DNA from: Eledone cirrhosa
Lineage: Eukaryota
Direction: 5' to 3'
DNA: 64,000 bases
NCBI GenBank assembly: GCA_964016885.1
Contig: CAXHJY010000523.1
Location: forward strand, 191,424 to 255,423
The translations under genes and the position numbers were made by a program. A model generated the notes under the pieces. That model was not told the DNA's origin. It worked only from the letters and a program-made list of their open reading frames with translations, and searched no databases. Positions 17,218 through 31,221 of the stretch are shown here, one piece after another (positions within the stretch are counted from its first letter, which is position 1; the number at the start of each line of letters is the position of its first letter).

Positions 17218-17426
17218 TACGAGGTTGGCTGAAAAGTTCATAGGCTGATTATGAAAGAGTCATGCTAGGGCTGTGAAATCTTGCATGCATTAATTTCATC
17301 TCTCAACTCTTCTTATTAATAACTGCATTTTTCTTTCCAGGGACCATGTTGAAAAATAAACCACATTTAGTCATTTCATGAGAGTATCCTGGTCAGCATA
17401 TGAACTTTTCAGCCAACCCTCATGTA
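17218..17426. mobile_element. Mariner-type MITE
   Basis: ~30-bp TIRs TACGAGGTTGGCTGAAAAGTTCATAGGCTGA / TCAGCATATGAACTTTTCAGCCAACCCTCATGTA, TA at both ends, no ORF. Confidence 0.8.
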
Positions 17427-18020
17427 TATCCTAGCAACAGCTAACAAAGCAGAAGATGCAATGATCCAAGACATAAGTCTCCCAAGCATGTCACTTCTAC
17501 ATACCAATCTCCTGCAATATAGAGATGGGATTTTTGTTGTAGTAGTTTAGTCCTCTAAATGAGTGTGCCCCTGGTGAGGGTGGCATTAAGGTTCTATATT
17601 TTACCAAAGGACAACCTGTGTTTGGTCTGACTATCTACCACTTGGAGATTCGATACAACTCCAGATCTATTTAATTCATAGATGGGACTCTAATAAGTAT
17701 TACCACTGCATGTCAGAATAGACATTATCTTGTCAAACTAAAGACACATCACTAGATATAGAGACCCCAGATAAATAGATAATGTGATACTGTATACAAG
17801 AGAAACACACTCTTTCTCTTATTCTTTTCTCCCTTTATTTATTTCTTTTTCTCCTTGCCCATTTATTTATTTCACTCATTCTCTTGTTTTTAATCTAAAT
17901 TTCAAACTCCATTCTCAATTTTTGATTAACAGCCAGGCAGACAGACTGTCAGTGGCAGTGGGAGGTTGGTACAACATAACTGGATGGACATATAGATAGA
18001 CAGTTGTCACTAGGTAGATA

Positions 18021-18102
18021 TACAGGGTGTCCACAAAGTCATTAGACAATTTTATACAAATATATATATAAAATTGTCTGGTGACTTTGTGGACATCCTG
18101 TA
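18021..18102. mobile_element. 82-bp palindromic Tc1/mariner-superfamily MITE
   Basis: TA-CAGGGTGTCCACAAAGTC...GACTTTGTGGACATCCTG-TA; nearly the whole element is an inverted repeat. Confidence 0.75.
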
Positions 18103-18118
18103 AATGTAGTGTTTAGGA

Positions 18119-18304
18119 ATAATTGTTTCTAATTTTTGGCACAAGGCCAGCAATTCACCAGTAGATTACTGGTACTTTATTTTATCGACCCCGTAAGGAT
18201 GAAAGGCAAAGTTGACGTTGGCGGGATTTGAAATCAGAATGGAAAGGGCCGTAACTCTATGCGTCAAAGCATGACGTCCGACCCTCTACCGATACTGCCA
18301 ATCC
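18119..18304 (-). mobile_element. tRNA-derived SINE, family A
   Basis: Reverse complement of the family consensus: A-box-like TGGCAGTATCGGTAG, B-box GAGTTCAAATCC, body GCCTTTCATCCTTACGGGGTCGATAAAATAAAGTACCAG, tail GTAGAAACAATTA. More than 12 copies in the window. Confidence 0.9.
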
Positions 18305-19229
18305 TAATGCTATGTGCTAGAGGTGATGGAGATAGTTATGGTAATGATGTAGAGTCTGACTAGGGAGGAAGCAATTAATAGATAAGACTCCCTAGAGTGG
18401 TGTTTAAAATCTAAAAAAAACAAAAACAAGAGAGATAACTCCAATAAGATCAGTTAATTGAAAATTAGCCACTATAGATGAGGGGGGGGGGGGATCTGGT
18501 CTTTATAGCTAACTGGTAAAAAAAAACAACAGATGTATTTCATAAAGAAAATTAACTTGAATATCGAGTTTTGAGACGTGTATTAGAATTCGTAGGAAAA
18601 TGGAAAAACCCAACACCGTTTCGATGGTATTTTGCTGTTTTTAACAGCATCCTTATACTGAGTTTTTCCATTTTCCAACGAGATGTAATGTCTTATTAGT
18701 CCTCATTGAAGGACAACTAAGACTGATCACTTAATCTTGTCACCAAATGAGATAGTACTTTGCTGAACAGATCTAAGACTGAAACATGTCTATTGCTTGT
18801 ATCAACTGACTTTAAAGACCTTATTCATTGCAATCTGTATTTTCCACTTTGCTCAAAAATGTTGATCAACATTAATCTAACTGGAGTTATCTTACATCTT
18901 TTTTAGATCTTAAGCATTTCCTTCAGGGAGTTTTTGCCAACTAATTGCTGTGATAAAAACATATTTCAGTTGATCAAATTTGTTCAACTTACTATATGAC
19001 ATATGTGAGACCCTACTGTATTTTTATTTAGTATGCAGAATACCCCTTCCCCCTCGTTGCGTTCCTTGCCTACATTTAATGTATTTTGCCCCTAAACCAT
19101 ATATTGTAACTAGGAAGCTGGTGGCAATGATACCCACCCCTTTTCAAACTAGCAGAATGGAATCATCTATCAAAAGTTTCTGTTATCAACAGTCAGAATA
19201 AACCAAACATGTCTTAGAGGGGTGGGGGC

Positions 19230-19790
19230 AGTGAAAGAAAGAAGCAATAAGATAGAGAGAGGTAATGAGAGAGAGAGACAGACAATAAATGAGAGTGAGG
19301 CAGTAAGAAAGAAGCAATAAGGGAGATAGGCAGTGAGAGAAGTGTAATAAGAGAAAGAGGCAGTAATAAAGAGAGAGACAGGCAGTGAGAGAAAGGCAAT
19401 AAGATAGAGAGAGGTAATGGGAGAGAAAGAGACAATAAAAGAGAGAGGGGCAATGAGAGTGAGGCAATGAGAGGGAGGCAGTAAGAAAGAAGCAATAAGA
19501 GGGAGAGGCAGTGAGAGAAATGTAATAAGAGAGAGAAAGAGGTAGTAAGAGAGAGAGAGAGAGAGACAGTGAGGTAAAAGTTCTACAAATGTTTCTTTCC
19601 CCCCTTCTTTGCTTCTATGGTCTTCTCTTCCTCCAACTACCACACAAGGAAAATACATCAACTGAAGAAATATGATGTGGCTGGTTGCTATAGAAAAGCT
19701 TTGAGGAGAAGATAGAGGAGGAAAGATAGGCAGGGGTGAGGGGGAAGAGAAAGTAAAAGACAGGGAGCAAAGAGAAACATCAGCAGCAAC

Positions 19791-19823
<33 letters not shown>

Positions 19824-21370
19824 GGTGGTGGTGGTGGTGGTGGTGGTGGTAGTGGTGGTAGTAGTAGTGGTGGTGGTGGTGGTGGCTTTGGTAGTAGTAG
19901 TAGTAGTGGGGGTGGGGTTAGTTATTGTAAGAGGTGGAAAGGGAAGAGATTCAGAGGTAGGGAAGGAAGAGAAGAAGAGAAAAAGTAAACAAATAATAAC
20001 AAAAAGAAAAGAAAAAAAAGTTAAACCTAACAGCCACTGAAAGTAGAAAAAGAGAAAAAGACATCATCATCATCATTATCGTTGTCTTTAAATTATATCT
20101 ATTTATTATCTCCACCATCTTCATTACTATCATCTTCAGCAACTTTACAGCCACTGATGCTATCATCATCATCATCCTCATTACCACTGCTTTTATTGGC
20201 ACCATCATCATTCCCATCAACCTCAGTACCACTACCATAACCACCATCATCATTCCCATCAACCTCAGTACCACTACCATAACCATCATCATCATCAACA
20301 ACATCTTTCATCAGCATAGAACTTCATCATCAGCAGAATTTTGTTCCTTTATTTCTACAACCAGCTGCACTGCTGCCCACCCTACCCACCTACTCCTCAC
20401 TACCCTCACTACCACCATCACCACCAACACCTCCACTACACCAAAACTACCACCAACACCAAAACTACCACCAACATCAACACCTCCACTACACCAAAAC
20501 TACCACCAACACCAAAACTACCACTACACCAAAACTACCACCAACATCAACACCTCCACTACACCAAAACTACCACCAACATCAACACCTCCACTACACC
20601 AAAACTATCACCAACACCAACACCTCCAAAACTACCACCAACATCAACACCTCCACTACACCAAAACTACCACCTTCACCAACACATCAAAACTACCACC
20701 AACACCACTACACTAAAACTACCACCTACACCAACACCACTACACTAAAACTACCACCTACACCAACACCACTACACTAAAACTACCACCTACACCAACA
20801 CCACTACACCAAAACTACCACCTACACCAACACCACATCAAAACTACCACCATCACCACAACTACCACATCCATCACTACCTCTAACTATAGCAACAATA
20901 CCAGTAGTACCTCCTCTATAAACACTACCATTTGTAACAATACCAACAGCATCATCACTATCATCCCCAACCACTACAACTAGAAGGTAGAACCACCAAT
21001 ATGATTCTACTCTGGTCTGTAAGTGAAGTGAGAAAAAGTTTGGACATAGCAATAACTTAACTGTGAAGAAGTAAAAGTAGAAGAAAGTAAAAGAAAGAAA
21101 AAGAAAGAAAAAGAAAAAGAAGAAAAAGAAGAAGAAAAGGAAGAAGAAGAAAAAGAAGAGGCGGAGGGAAGGAGGAGGGGTGATAGAGTGCGAGGGAAAG
21201 TTGTCTGAATAACAGACAACAACAACTTTTATCAGCAACTTATTCCAATTTGGAAGTTGAGGGAGAGAAAAAGAGAAACAAAGTTTGAAGTCTAAACCCC
21301 TCTCCACCATCACCACCACACCCACCACTCCCACCATCACTCCCACCACCATTACTACTACTACTATTAG
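19230..21370. repeat. Low-complexity block: GA-rich, (GTG/GTA)n, (CAT)n and CAC-rich short tandem repeats
   Basis: Read directly; explains the poly-V, T/P/H-rich and poly-F ORFs. Confidence 0.9.
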
Positions 21371-21679
21371 AAAAAGTCTCTCCCTCTCTCTAATGAGTGG
21401 TCCCAATCAAAAAAAGAGTGCTTGTGACTGGACTGTGATATTTTACCCTAACCCTACTGGTCACTCATAAGCTGGTCAGCCTTTGTTTTAGCTGCTGGTC
21501 AGTTAAGTTGCCCCTGGATAAATATACAGTGTTTATAAAGAGTTTGGACTTGTGATTACATTTATCAAGGTAAGTGATTGATATACAAGTATTTTAATTT
21601 GCATTCTATTCACAACTACTAAAAGATCATTCAGTTAATGGTTTAAATGTTTTAAGTACTGTCTCTTCTACTTATTTCT

Positions 21680-21860
21680 GAGAGGGTCATCCTAAAACAC
21701 TCCTTCCAACAGGTCCTGTCAGAAGCAACTGTCTCCAACTGATCCGGCTGGATCCCCAAGCGAGACCAGCTAAGCTCATGGATTGTATCGAATAATCCTG
21801 CCCGGGTCTACTCCTGGGTCTCCTGCCGGCTGGTTTTGCTTGTAAAATCTGTCCAGCTTC
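21680..21860 (-). mobile_element. RTE-clade LINE ORF2 C-terminal fragment (Expander/Rex3-like)
   Basis: Minus strand reads QILQAKPAGRRPRSRP, then after a frameshift DTIHELSWSRLGIQPDQLETVASDRTCW. This is the G-R-R-P-R-G-R-P ... A-x-D-R-x-x-W C-terminal signature of RTE ORF2. Confidence 0.7.
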
Positions 21861-22343
21861 TTTCCTTTTAAGTACTGTGGTATTTTAAATACTCAGCCTA
21901 ATATGTTCTATTTTGTTTTCTATGTTATGTTGTTTTTTATTTGTGTGAAAGTATGTGTTTATATTGATCGATGTGTTATGGGTGTGTGTATGAAGATATG
22001 TTTTTATATGTGTATTTGAAATTTGAAATTATAGTTATTTCAAGTACATAATGATAACTACAAATATATATAATACGTGCATCTGTATATGTTTGTTTGT
22101 GTTAGGTCTGTGATAAATGTATGAGTTGGCATTGAAAGTTATTCTGATAATTGTATTTGTATACTAATGCATATGCAGGTAGATAGATAGATAGATCTGG
22201 CTACACAAATGGGAGGAACAAAACTCAATATATTAGTAGTAAATTGTGCTTTATTATTGCTGTGAAACCGGTGACTCAAGGGTCTGCAGTTTCATGCTAG
22301 GAATCACTTAATCAAACTTAGTGTAGCTTCACAGCTATAATAT

Positions 22344-22492
22344 TAATTGTTTCTACTTTAGGCACAAGGCCAGCAATTTTGAGGAAAGGAAAAATCGATT
22401 AAATCGACCCCAGTGCATAACTAGTGCTTTATTTATCAACCCTATAAGGATGAAAGGCAAAGTTAACCTCGGCGTTTCATCCTTACGGGGTC
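22344..22492 (-). mobile_element. SINE family A, 5'-truncated longer variant with a short inverted 5' piece
   Basis: Matches the family tail; ends with TTTCATCCTTACGGGGTC in the opposite orientation. Confidence 0.8.
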
Positions 22493-22738
22493 ACTAAAGC
22501 ACCATGGTTTCTTTATTCGCACGCAGAGCTGACATTAAGCAGACAATACAGATGGCACAGGATAATGCTGTATGTGTTTTTTGTGTAAAAAATGTTTTTA
22601 ATAAAGACTAAAAAAAAATAAACATTTAAAAAATCAAACATAACAAATTCTCCAAAGAGAGGAGATGTCCGATGGTCACTTGTAGAGAAAGCCCACAAAA
22701 AAACCATGGTAACACTGACTGCTAGGACAAGTGCCCTA

Positions 22739-23131
22739 TAATAATAATAATAATAATTTCTTTATTTGCGACTTGGACCTATATATAGGGGACAATTCAA
22801 AAACACAGGGACAGTGGGGGTTTACAATAAAATCGAGTAAAAACAAATTAACAAAAACAATTAAAACAATAAAATTCCCCAATAAGGGGGAGAACTACCC
22901 AGGTGCAACTCAGGTATCCCCACCAATCCTGAACCACCCTACACTTTGAGGGCATTCCTCAAATTATCCAGCCTACAAGTACACGCTCAGAGTATGCCCA
23001 TTCACATGGGTCATTCTCGCCACATTCACCCACCTTTTTGGAAATATACTGGAGGGCAGCACTTCTTTCTCCACCCTCACCTTCCTTTCCAAGTGAAACT
23101 TGAAAAAGTTGATGAGAACTTTGCAGAAAGA
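22739..23131 (-). mobile_element. L1/Tx1-like LINE 3' end (ORF2 C-terminus, 3'UTR, (ATT)n tail)
   Basis: ORF end LINFFKFHLERKVRVEKEVLPSSIFPKRWVNVARM...* then T-rich UTR, AATAAA and (TTA)n on the minus strand. Clade assigned from memory of the F..RW C-terminal motif. Confidence 0.6.
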
Positions 23132-23547
23132 TAAATTTATGAGCTTGCATTGACAAGTATACTGAAAGTTGTGCATGTGCATGTGTGTGAAAAAATATAT
23201 ATGTATATATATACACACACATATATATATATTGTGATACTTATGCCCAGGTGGGAGTATTTTGACAGTTGCCTAGAGTGAGAGTAGTGTGTGTGTGTGT
23301 GTTTGTGTATCTAAGACCACACTGGTACATAAGTGCTGCTGATATAAATAGGAGCTACTACCATGATTTATAGATATATAAATATATTTATGATAGATCT
23401 ATATATAGATCCACCTTTCTCTATAAAGGGACTGCTACATAAAATACTGCACATGTCTATGTTTATATGTTTATCTGTTATAATCAGCTTATACATTTAT
23501 TAGTTACAGCAACTGTATAGTTAGTTGTCAAGGTATGTATTAACATA

Positions 23548-23715
23548 GGCATGGGCATATGATTAAGAAGTTTTACTTTACATTGATGAAGTCCCAGGTG
23601 CAATCCCACTATATTACATCATGGGCAAGTAGTGTCTTTTACCATAACCTCTGGTCAACTCAACTTTTGTGACTAAAACTGAGTGAACTACATGAATAAT
23701 TTAAAGAAGCCTAGT
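23548..23715 (+). mobile_element. Degenerate tRNA-derived SINE head (third family)
   Basis: B-box-like CCAGGTGCAATCCCACT followed by TGGGCAAGT..GTCTT..ACCATAACCTCTGG. Related pieces at ~38950-39100 (+) and ~63395-63437 (-). Confidence 0.5.
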
Positions 23716-24456
23716 CACATATTGAGTCACACTGATTCTACCCGAGAACTATGTTAACTCTTTTGATACTAAATTGCCTGAAATTGACCCTGATTCTATG
23801 AAACAAAACCTCCCATTTTAAAGGGTTCCTATTTAAATTAACAAACCAATAGACGAATTCAAATGCTGCTGATGTAAAAAAATACATTAAAATAACTCTG
23901 TATTAGGAAATGTTAATGGTGAATTTCCAATAGATCTATCACTAAATCTATAGTGGTTGACATGGAGGGAAGATTGGCTCCACCAGGATTTGTTTTAAAT
24001 GCCCTAGAAACGGTGTATGTTAATGCACTGCACCAACACCTCCACCAAAATCTTCCAACATAATTCTTTTAAGTAAGAACTATTTGTTAAGTTACTATCT
24101 TATTAATGAAATAATCACTTTAGTAAATTTCTCAAAATTGTTCATTAATTAATTGAAATAGAGTGAATTTCATTATAAATACAGTAAAGACAGAGTGAAG
24201 GGAGTAAGTGTTTGAAATATTCAGCCATTTAGATGCTCATTCAATGATCAATTCACTGGAATCCTTACTGCCAAAACCTACTGAGATCTATTCATGTATT
24301 TGTAGGTGTGTATGTATGTAAAAAGACAGTTTCATAAATTGTAGTTATATAAGTATGTATGTGTATGTCAGTTTACATGTGTTTACATATGTTTTTTGTT
24401 TAGAAATACAGTCCCATCATAATCAACATCATTTTTCTGTTACACACACACACACC

Positions 24457-24502
<46 letters not shown>

Positions 24503-24764
24503 CTCGTGAAGACACACGCACACACACACATATATATAATATACACATATATGCCAAAGCCATGATCAAATGCACCTAGTACACATTGTAAAGTGGTTGA
24601 TGATAAGAAGGGCATCCAGCTGTAGAAACCAAATCAAGACTGGAATATATGTAAATGAGATGTGAGCCCATAGCTTCTCTGAGAAGGCAGTAAGTAATTC
24701 TAAGTATGTGATGACCTATCCAACCTATACTAGCATAGAAAAATATGAAATGATTTTATATGGG

Positions 24765-25114
24765 CTTGCAATCGAAAGGTTGTGAGTTCAATTCTTGGAC
24801 CGGGTGATGTGTTGTTTACTTGAGCAAGACACTTTATTTCACATTGCTCCAGTTTACTCAGCTGTAGAAATGAGATGATAGGACTGGGGTCCCTATCATT
24901 CCACTGCAAAGTGGTTGTGGAGGTGCCACGGCAAAAAAGCACCCAGCACTCACTGTAAATGAGGTTGGCGTTAGGAAGGGCATCCAGCTGTAGAAATCAA
25001 GCCAGAATCAGTTCCCGTATGAGCAAGACAAGGTCAGCCGACTGGACACTGCCCACAACAGGACAACCCGTCTAACCCATGCTAGCGTGGAAGAACAGAC
25101 GTAAAATGGTGATG

Positions 25115-25116
<2 letters not shown>
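24765..25116 (+). mobile_element. tRNA-derived SINE family B with RTE-like tail (5'-truncated)
   Basis: Closely matches 56568-56856; TAGGAAGGGCATCCAGCTGTAGAAA motif and (GAT)n end. Flanked by tail-only relatives at ~24575-24750 and ~25155-25370. Confidence 0.88.
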
Positions 25117-25160
<44 letters not shown>

Positions 25161-25435
25161 AAATGGTTATGTAAGAGTCATGACAAAAAACACCCAGCAC
25201 ACACTGTAAATGTGGTTGGCGTTAAGAAGGACAACCAGCTGTAGAAACTTAGCCAGAAACAGTTCTATATGAGCAAGACATGGTCATCTGACCCAACTTG
25301 CCTCTAATGGGACTACCTGTCTAACCCATACTAGCGTGGAAAATGGACGTTAACTGATGATGATGATGATATATATTTACATATATATATAGAGAGAGAG
25401 GTGCCTCTGTCCACTGTTTTCCAACTTTTAATCTA

Positions 25436-25829
25436 TAATTGTTTCTACTTTTGGCACAAGGCCAGCAATTATGCCAGTACATTACTGGTACTTTATTTTA
25501 TCAACCCCGTAAGGATGAAAGGCAAAGTGAACCTCAGCGGGATTTGAACTCAGATCGTAAAGGGGAGTAACTCTATGCTGCAAAGCATGGTGTCCGACCT
25601 ACCAATACTGCCAATCCCCCAAATTTTCCAACTATTAATCTATAATTGTTTCTACTTTAGGCACAAGGCCAGAAATTACCAGTGCATTACTGGTACTTTA
25701 TTTTATCGGCCCCGTAAGGATGAAAGGCAAAGTCAACCTCGGCAGGATTTGAACTCAGATCGTAAAGGGACGTAACTATGCTGGAAAGCATGGCGTCCGA
25801 CCCTCTACCGATACTGCCAATCCACCGCA
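25436..25829 (-). mobile_element. Two tandem SINE family A copies
   Basis: Copies at 25436-25617 and 25643-25829. TTTTCCAACT(T/A)TTAATCTATAATT is duplicated either side of the first copy (TSD). Confidence 0.9.
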
Positions 25830-26303
25830 TAATGATTGACTATTATTACAGTTATTTTCCACATTTGGGACACTCACATTTTTAAATGTTCATGTATGTA
25901 CACACATGCACACACATACATACACTAGTGGAATACCTGGCATTGCCAAGGTTTAGAAATAGTGACCCAGAGAAAATATCTTTGTTACTAATATCCACGA
26001 AATATGAACATTTCATGATTTAAATGAGCAAATGTCATATAGCTAATTAATGTAGATTAAATAAGAACACATGATTAAGAAAAAGTGAAAATAGTTCTTT
26101 GTACAATTGAACAAAATAGTTTCTTTTTTAGTTAAAATTCTTTGTTTTTCACTGATTAGTCTGGGAGTGAAATACAGTGGTTATTATGTTCACCAAGGCC
26201 TCTGATACAGGTGAGAAGGAGAGAGGAAAGTATGCTCAAATTGGATACTTGGTCTAAATACTTGCAACAGAATCGACTACACTACAATTTGTGTGGTATT
26301 TAA

Positions 26304-26528
26304 CCCTTTAGTTACCAATCTGACCAAAACCAGCTCTGGTTCTATGAAACAAAACCACCCATTTTAAAGGTTTCCGATTTAAATTAATATCTTCCAACAA
26401 TTTTATATAAGCACCTCACATTAAGTTACTATCTTACTAATGAAATAATTAATAATTTTAGTAAATCCCTCAAAATTCTTAATTAATTAATTAAAATGTA
26501 TTTCATTAGAAATGCGGTCATGAAAGGG
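26304..26528. mobile_element. TTAA-flanked piggyBac-type MITE, family 2
   Basis: TTAA-CCCTTT...AAAGGG-TTAA. Related, more decayed copies at ~23757, 34053, 35505-35691, 53357-53624 and ~53830-54031. Confidence 0.7.
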
Positions 26529-26959
26529 TTAAACCAAATGACTGATTAAGTCTACCCTCAAGTAGGTCATAGAAGGATTTGAACCGAGAACACAATAAAT
26601 AGGAAACAAATACCACAAAGTAGCCCATTGGACACCCCCAACAATTCTGCTAAACCTCTGCCCTTGACTGCAACTTTATTTTATTAATCATGAAATAAGT
26701 TGACTTACCTCTGCAGGATTTGAACTAAGTGAGAAGAGAAGACAATTGTAAGATATACGATAAAAGACAGTTTATCGTATATCTCAACAATCCTACCCAT
26801 TAACCACCTATCTTTACCTGAGGCAACTTATACATCCAATTACAGGGAAAATGTCAGCAATATTCACAGAAATATTTGAAATCTAGCTATATTATTTTGA
26901 TCAATAATGGGACCATGTGTTTGATAAGTGGAAAGACATTTGGAAATGATATTGATGTG

Positions 26960-29900
26960 ATAGCAGTATGCATTGTTGTGACACCAATACATATTGTTGT
27001 TACATCAATACATATTAGTGTTATATCAATAGATATTCCTGTCACATCTATAGATATTGCTGTTACATCAATACATATTGGTGTTACATCAATACATATT
27101 TGTGTTACATCAATGCATATTGGTGTTACAACAATACATATTGGTGTTACATCTATACATATTGGGTGTTACATCAATAAACATTGGTGTTACATCAATA
27201 AACATTGGTGTTACATCAATACACATTGCTGTTACATCAATAGACATTGGTGTTACATCAATAGACATTGGTGTTAAATCAATAGGCATTGGTGTTACAT
27301 CAATAGATGTTGGTGTTACACCAATAGACATTACTGTTAGAACAATACACATTGGTGTTACATCAATAGATATTACTCTAATATCAATACATATCATCTT
27401 TCATTAATATATATTACTGTTAGGGTGGTGGATTGGCAGTATCAGTAGAGGGTTTGACGCCATGCTTTCCAGCATAGTTACGTCCCTTTACGATCTGAGT
27501 TCAAATCCCGCCGAGGTTGACTTTGCCTTTCATCCTTACGGGGTCGATAAAATAAAGTACCAGTAATGCACTGGATAATTGCTGGCCTCGTGCCTAAAGT
27601 AGAAACAATTAATATATAATACTGTTACATCAATAGACATTGGGGTGACATCAATACACATTGGTGTTACATCAATGCATATAACTACTACATCAATACA
27701 CATTGGTGTTACATCAATAGATATTGGTGTTACATCAATACACATTGGTGTTACATAAATGCACATTGGTGTTACATCAATACACATTGGTGTTACATCA
27801 ATACACATTGGTGTTACATCAATATATATGGTGTTACATCAATACTTATTGGTGTTACATCAATACATATTGGTGTTACATAAATACACATTGGTGTTAC
27901 ATCAATAGATATTCGGTTACAATACTTATTGGTGTTACATCAATACACATTAGTGTTACATCAATACACATTGCTGTTACATCAATAGATATTGGTGTTA
28001 CATAAATACACATTGGTGTTAAATACATATTGGTGTTCCATCAATAGGCATTGTTGTTACATCAAAAGACATTACTGTTACATCAATACATATAACTGTT
28101 ACATCAATAGACATAACTGTTACATCAATAGACATTACTGTTACATCAATACATATAACTGTTACATCAATAGACATTACTGTTACATCAATACATATAA
28201 CTGTTACATCAATACATATAACTGTTACATCAATAGACATTACTGTTACATCAATAGACATTACTGTTACATCAATAGACATTACTGTTACATCAATACA
28301 TATAACTGTTACATCAATAGACATTACTGTTACATCAATACATATAACTGTTACATCAATACATATAACTGTTACATCAATAGACATTACTGTTACATCA
28401 ATACATATAACTGTTACATCAATAGACATTACTGTTACATCAATAGACAATACTGTTACATCAATACATATAACTGTTACATCAATAGACATTACTGTTA
28501 CATCAATACATATAACTGTTACATCAATAGACATTACTGTTACATCAATAGACATTACTGTTACATCAATAGACATTACTGTTACATCAATACATATAAC
28601 TGTTACATCAATACATATAACTGTTACATCAATAGACATTACTGTTACATCAATAGACATTACTGTTACATCAATACATATAACTGTTACATCAATAGAC
28701 ATTACTGTTACATCAATACATATAACTGTTACATCAATAGACATTACTGTTACATCAATAGACATTACTGTTACATCAATAGACATTACTGTTACATCAA
28801 TACATATAACTGTTACATCAATACATATAACTGTTACATCAATAGACATTACTGTTACATCAATAGACATTACTGTTACATCAATACATATAACTGTTAC
28901 ATCAATACATATAACTGTTACATCAATAGACATTACTGTTACATCAATACATATAACTGTTACATCAATAGACATTACTGTTACATCAATACATATAACT
29001 GTTACATCAATAGACATTACTGTTACATCAATAGACATTACTGTTACATCAATACATATAACTGTTACATCAATAGACATTACTGTTACATCAATACATA
29101 TAACTGTTACATCAATAGACATTACTGTTACATCAATAGACATTACTGTTACATCAATAGACATTACTGTTACATCAATACATATAACTGTTACATCAAT
29201 ACATATAACTGTTACATCAATAGACATTACTGTTACATCAATAGACATTACTGTTACATCAATACATATAACTGTTACATCAATAGACATTACTGTTACA
29301 TCAATACATATAACTGTTACATCAATAGACATTACTGTTACATCAATAGACATTACTGTTACATCAATAGACATTACTGTTACATCAATACATATAACTG
29401 TTACATCAATACATATAACTGTTACATCAATAGACATTACTGTTACATCAATAGACATTACTGTTACATCAATACATATAACTGTTACATCAATACATAT
29501 AACTGTTACATCAATAGACATTACTGTTACATCAATACATATAACTGTTACATCAATAGACATTACTGTTACATCAATACATATAACTGTTACATCAATA
29601 GACATTACTGTTACATCAATAGACATTACTGTTACATCAATACATATAACTGTTACATCAATAGACATTACTGTTACATCAATACATATAACTGTTACAT
29701 CAATAGACATTACTGTTACATCAATAGACATTACTGTTACATCAATACATATAACTGTTACATCAATAGACATTACTGTTACATCAATAGACATTACTGT
29801 TACATCAATAGACATTACTGTTACATCAATACATATAACTGTTACATCAATAGACATTACTGTTACATCAATACATATAACTGTTACATCAATAGACATT

Positions 29901-31033
29901 ACTGTTACATCAATAGACATTACTGTTACATCAATACATATAACTGTTACATCAATAGACATTACTGTTACATCAATACATATAACTGTTACATCAATAG
30001 ACATTACTGTTACATCAATACATATAACTGTTACATCAATAGACATTACTGTTACATCAATAGACATTACTGTTACATCAATACATATAACTGTTACATC
30101 AATAGACATTACTGTTACATCAATACATATAACTGTTACATCAATAGACAATACTGTTACATCAATACATATAACTGTTACATCAATAGACATTACTGTT
30201 ACATCAATAGACATTACTGTTACATCAATACATATAACTGTTACATCAATACATATAACTGTTACATCAATAGACATTACTGTTACATTAATAGACAATA
30301 CTGTTACATCAATACATATAACTGTTACATCAATACATATAACTGTTACATCAATAGACATTACTGTTACATCAATACATATAACTGTTACATCAATAGA
30401 CATTACTGTTACATCAATACATATAACTGTTACATCAATAGACATTACTGTTACATCAATACATATAACTGTTACATCAATAGACATTACTGTTACATCA
30501 ATACATATAACTGTTACATCAATACATATAACTGTTACATCAATAGACATTACTGTTACATCAATACATATAACTGTTACATCAATAGACATTACTGTTA
30601 CATCAATACATATAACTGTTACATCAATACATATAACTGTTACATCAATAGACATTACTGTTACATCAATACATATAACTGTTACATCAATAGACATTAC
30701 TGTTACATCAATACATATAACTGTTACATCAATACATATAACTGTTACATCAATAGACATTACTGTTACATCAATAGACAATACTGTTACATCAATACAT
30801 ATAACTGTTACATCAATACATATAACTGTTACATCAATACATATAACTGTTACATCAATAGACATTACTGTTACATCAATACATATAACTGTTACATCAA
30901 TAGACATTACTGTTACATCATTAGACATTACTGTTACATCAATACATATAACTGTTACATCAATAGACAATACTGTTACATCAATACATATAACTGTTAC
31001 ATCATTAGACATTACTGTTACATCAATACATAT
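26960..31033. repeat. 21-bp satellite; homogeneous core ~28076-31033 with two variants, CTGTTACATCAATAGACATTA and CTGTTACATCAATACATATAA; degenerate left flank
   Basis: Read directly; 7-aa periodicity of the 1014-aa and 997-aa ORFs. Confidence 0.97.
27423..27611 (+). mobile_element. SINE family A inserted in the degenerate part of the 21-bp satellite
   Basis: Full-length match; TAATATATA(T/A)TACTGTTA duplicated on both sides. Confidence 0.9.
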
Positions 31034-31221
31034 TGACTCCGCACTTCATGTCATAGTGCTCGGGCTGGTTTTCAGCAAGGCAGAGGGTTGGAATAACCTG
31101 GGTCAACAGGTATGAGAGTCACACTATGTCATTCAGTCAACTAACTTCATGCTATAGGAATGTTTGATCAATAGTGATTGAGAGTTATAAACCAATAAGA
31201 CTTAATTTGTGAGATCATTGA

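Noticed and set aside
27992-31036. 1014-aa and 997-aa ORFs on opposite strands
   Set aside because: A 21-bp stop-free unit gives open frames automatically; there are no unique termini or splice context.
31037-31140. Possible host exon with a CAG/GTATGA donor (a similar donor-like site occurs at ~26210)
   Set aside because: No convincing acceptor, recognisable peptide or partner exons; it cannot be supported without transcript data.
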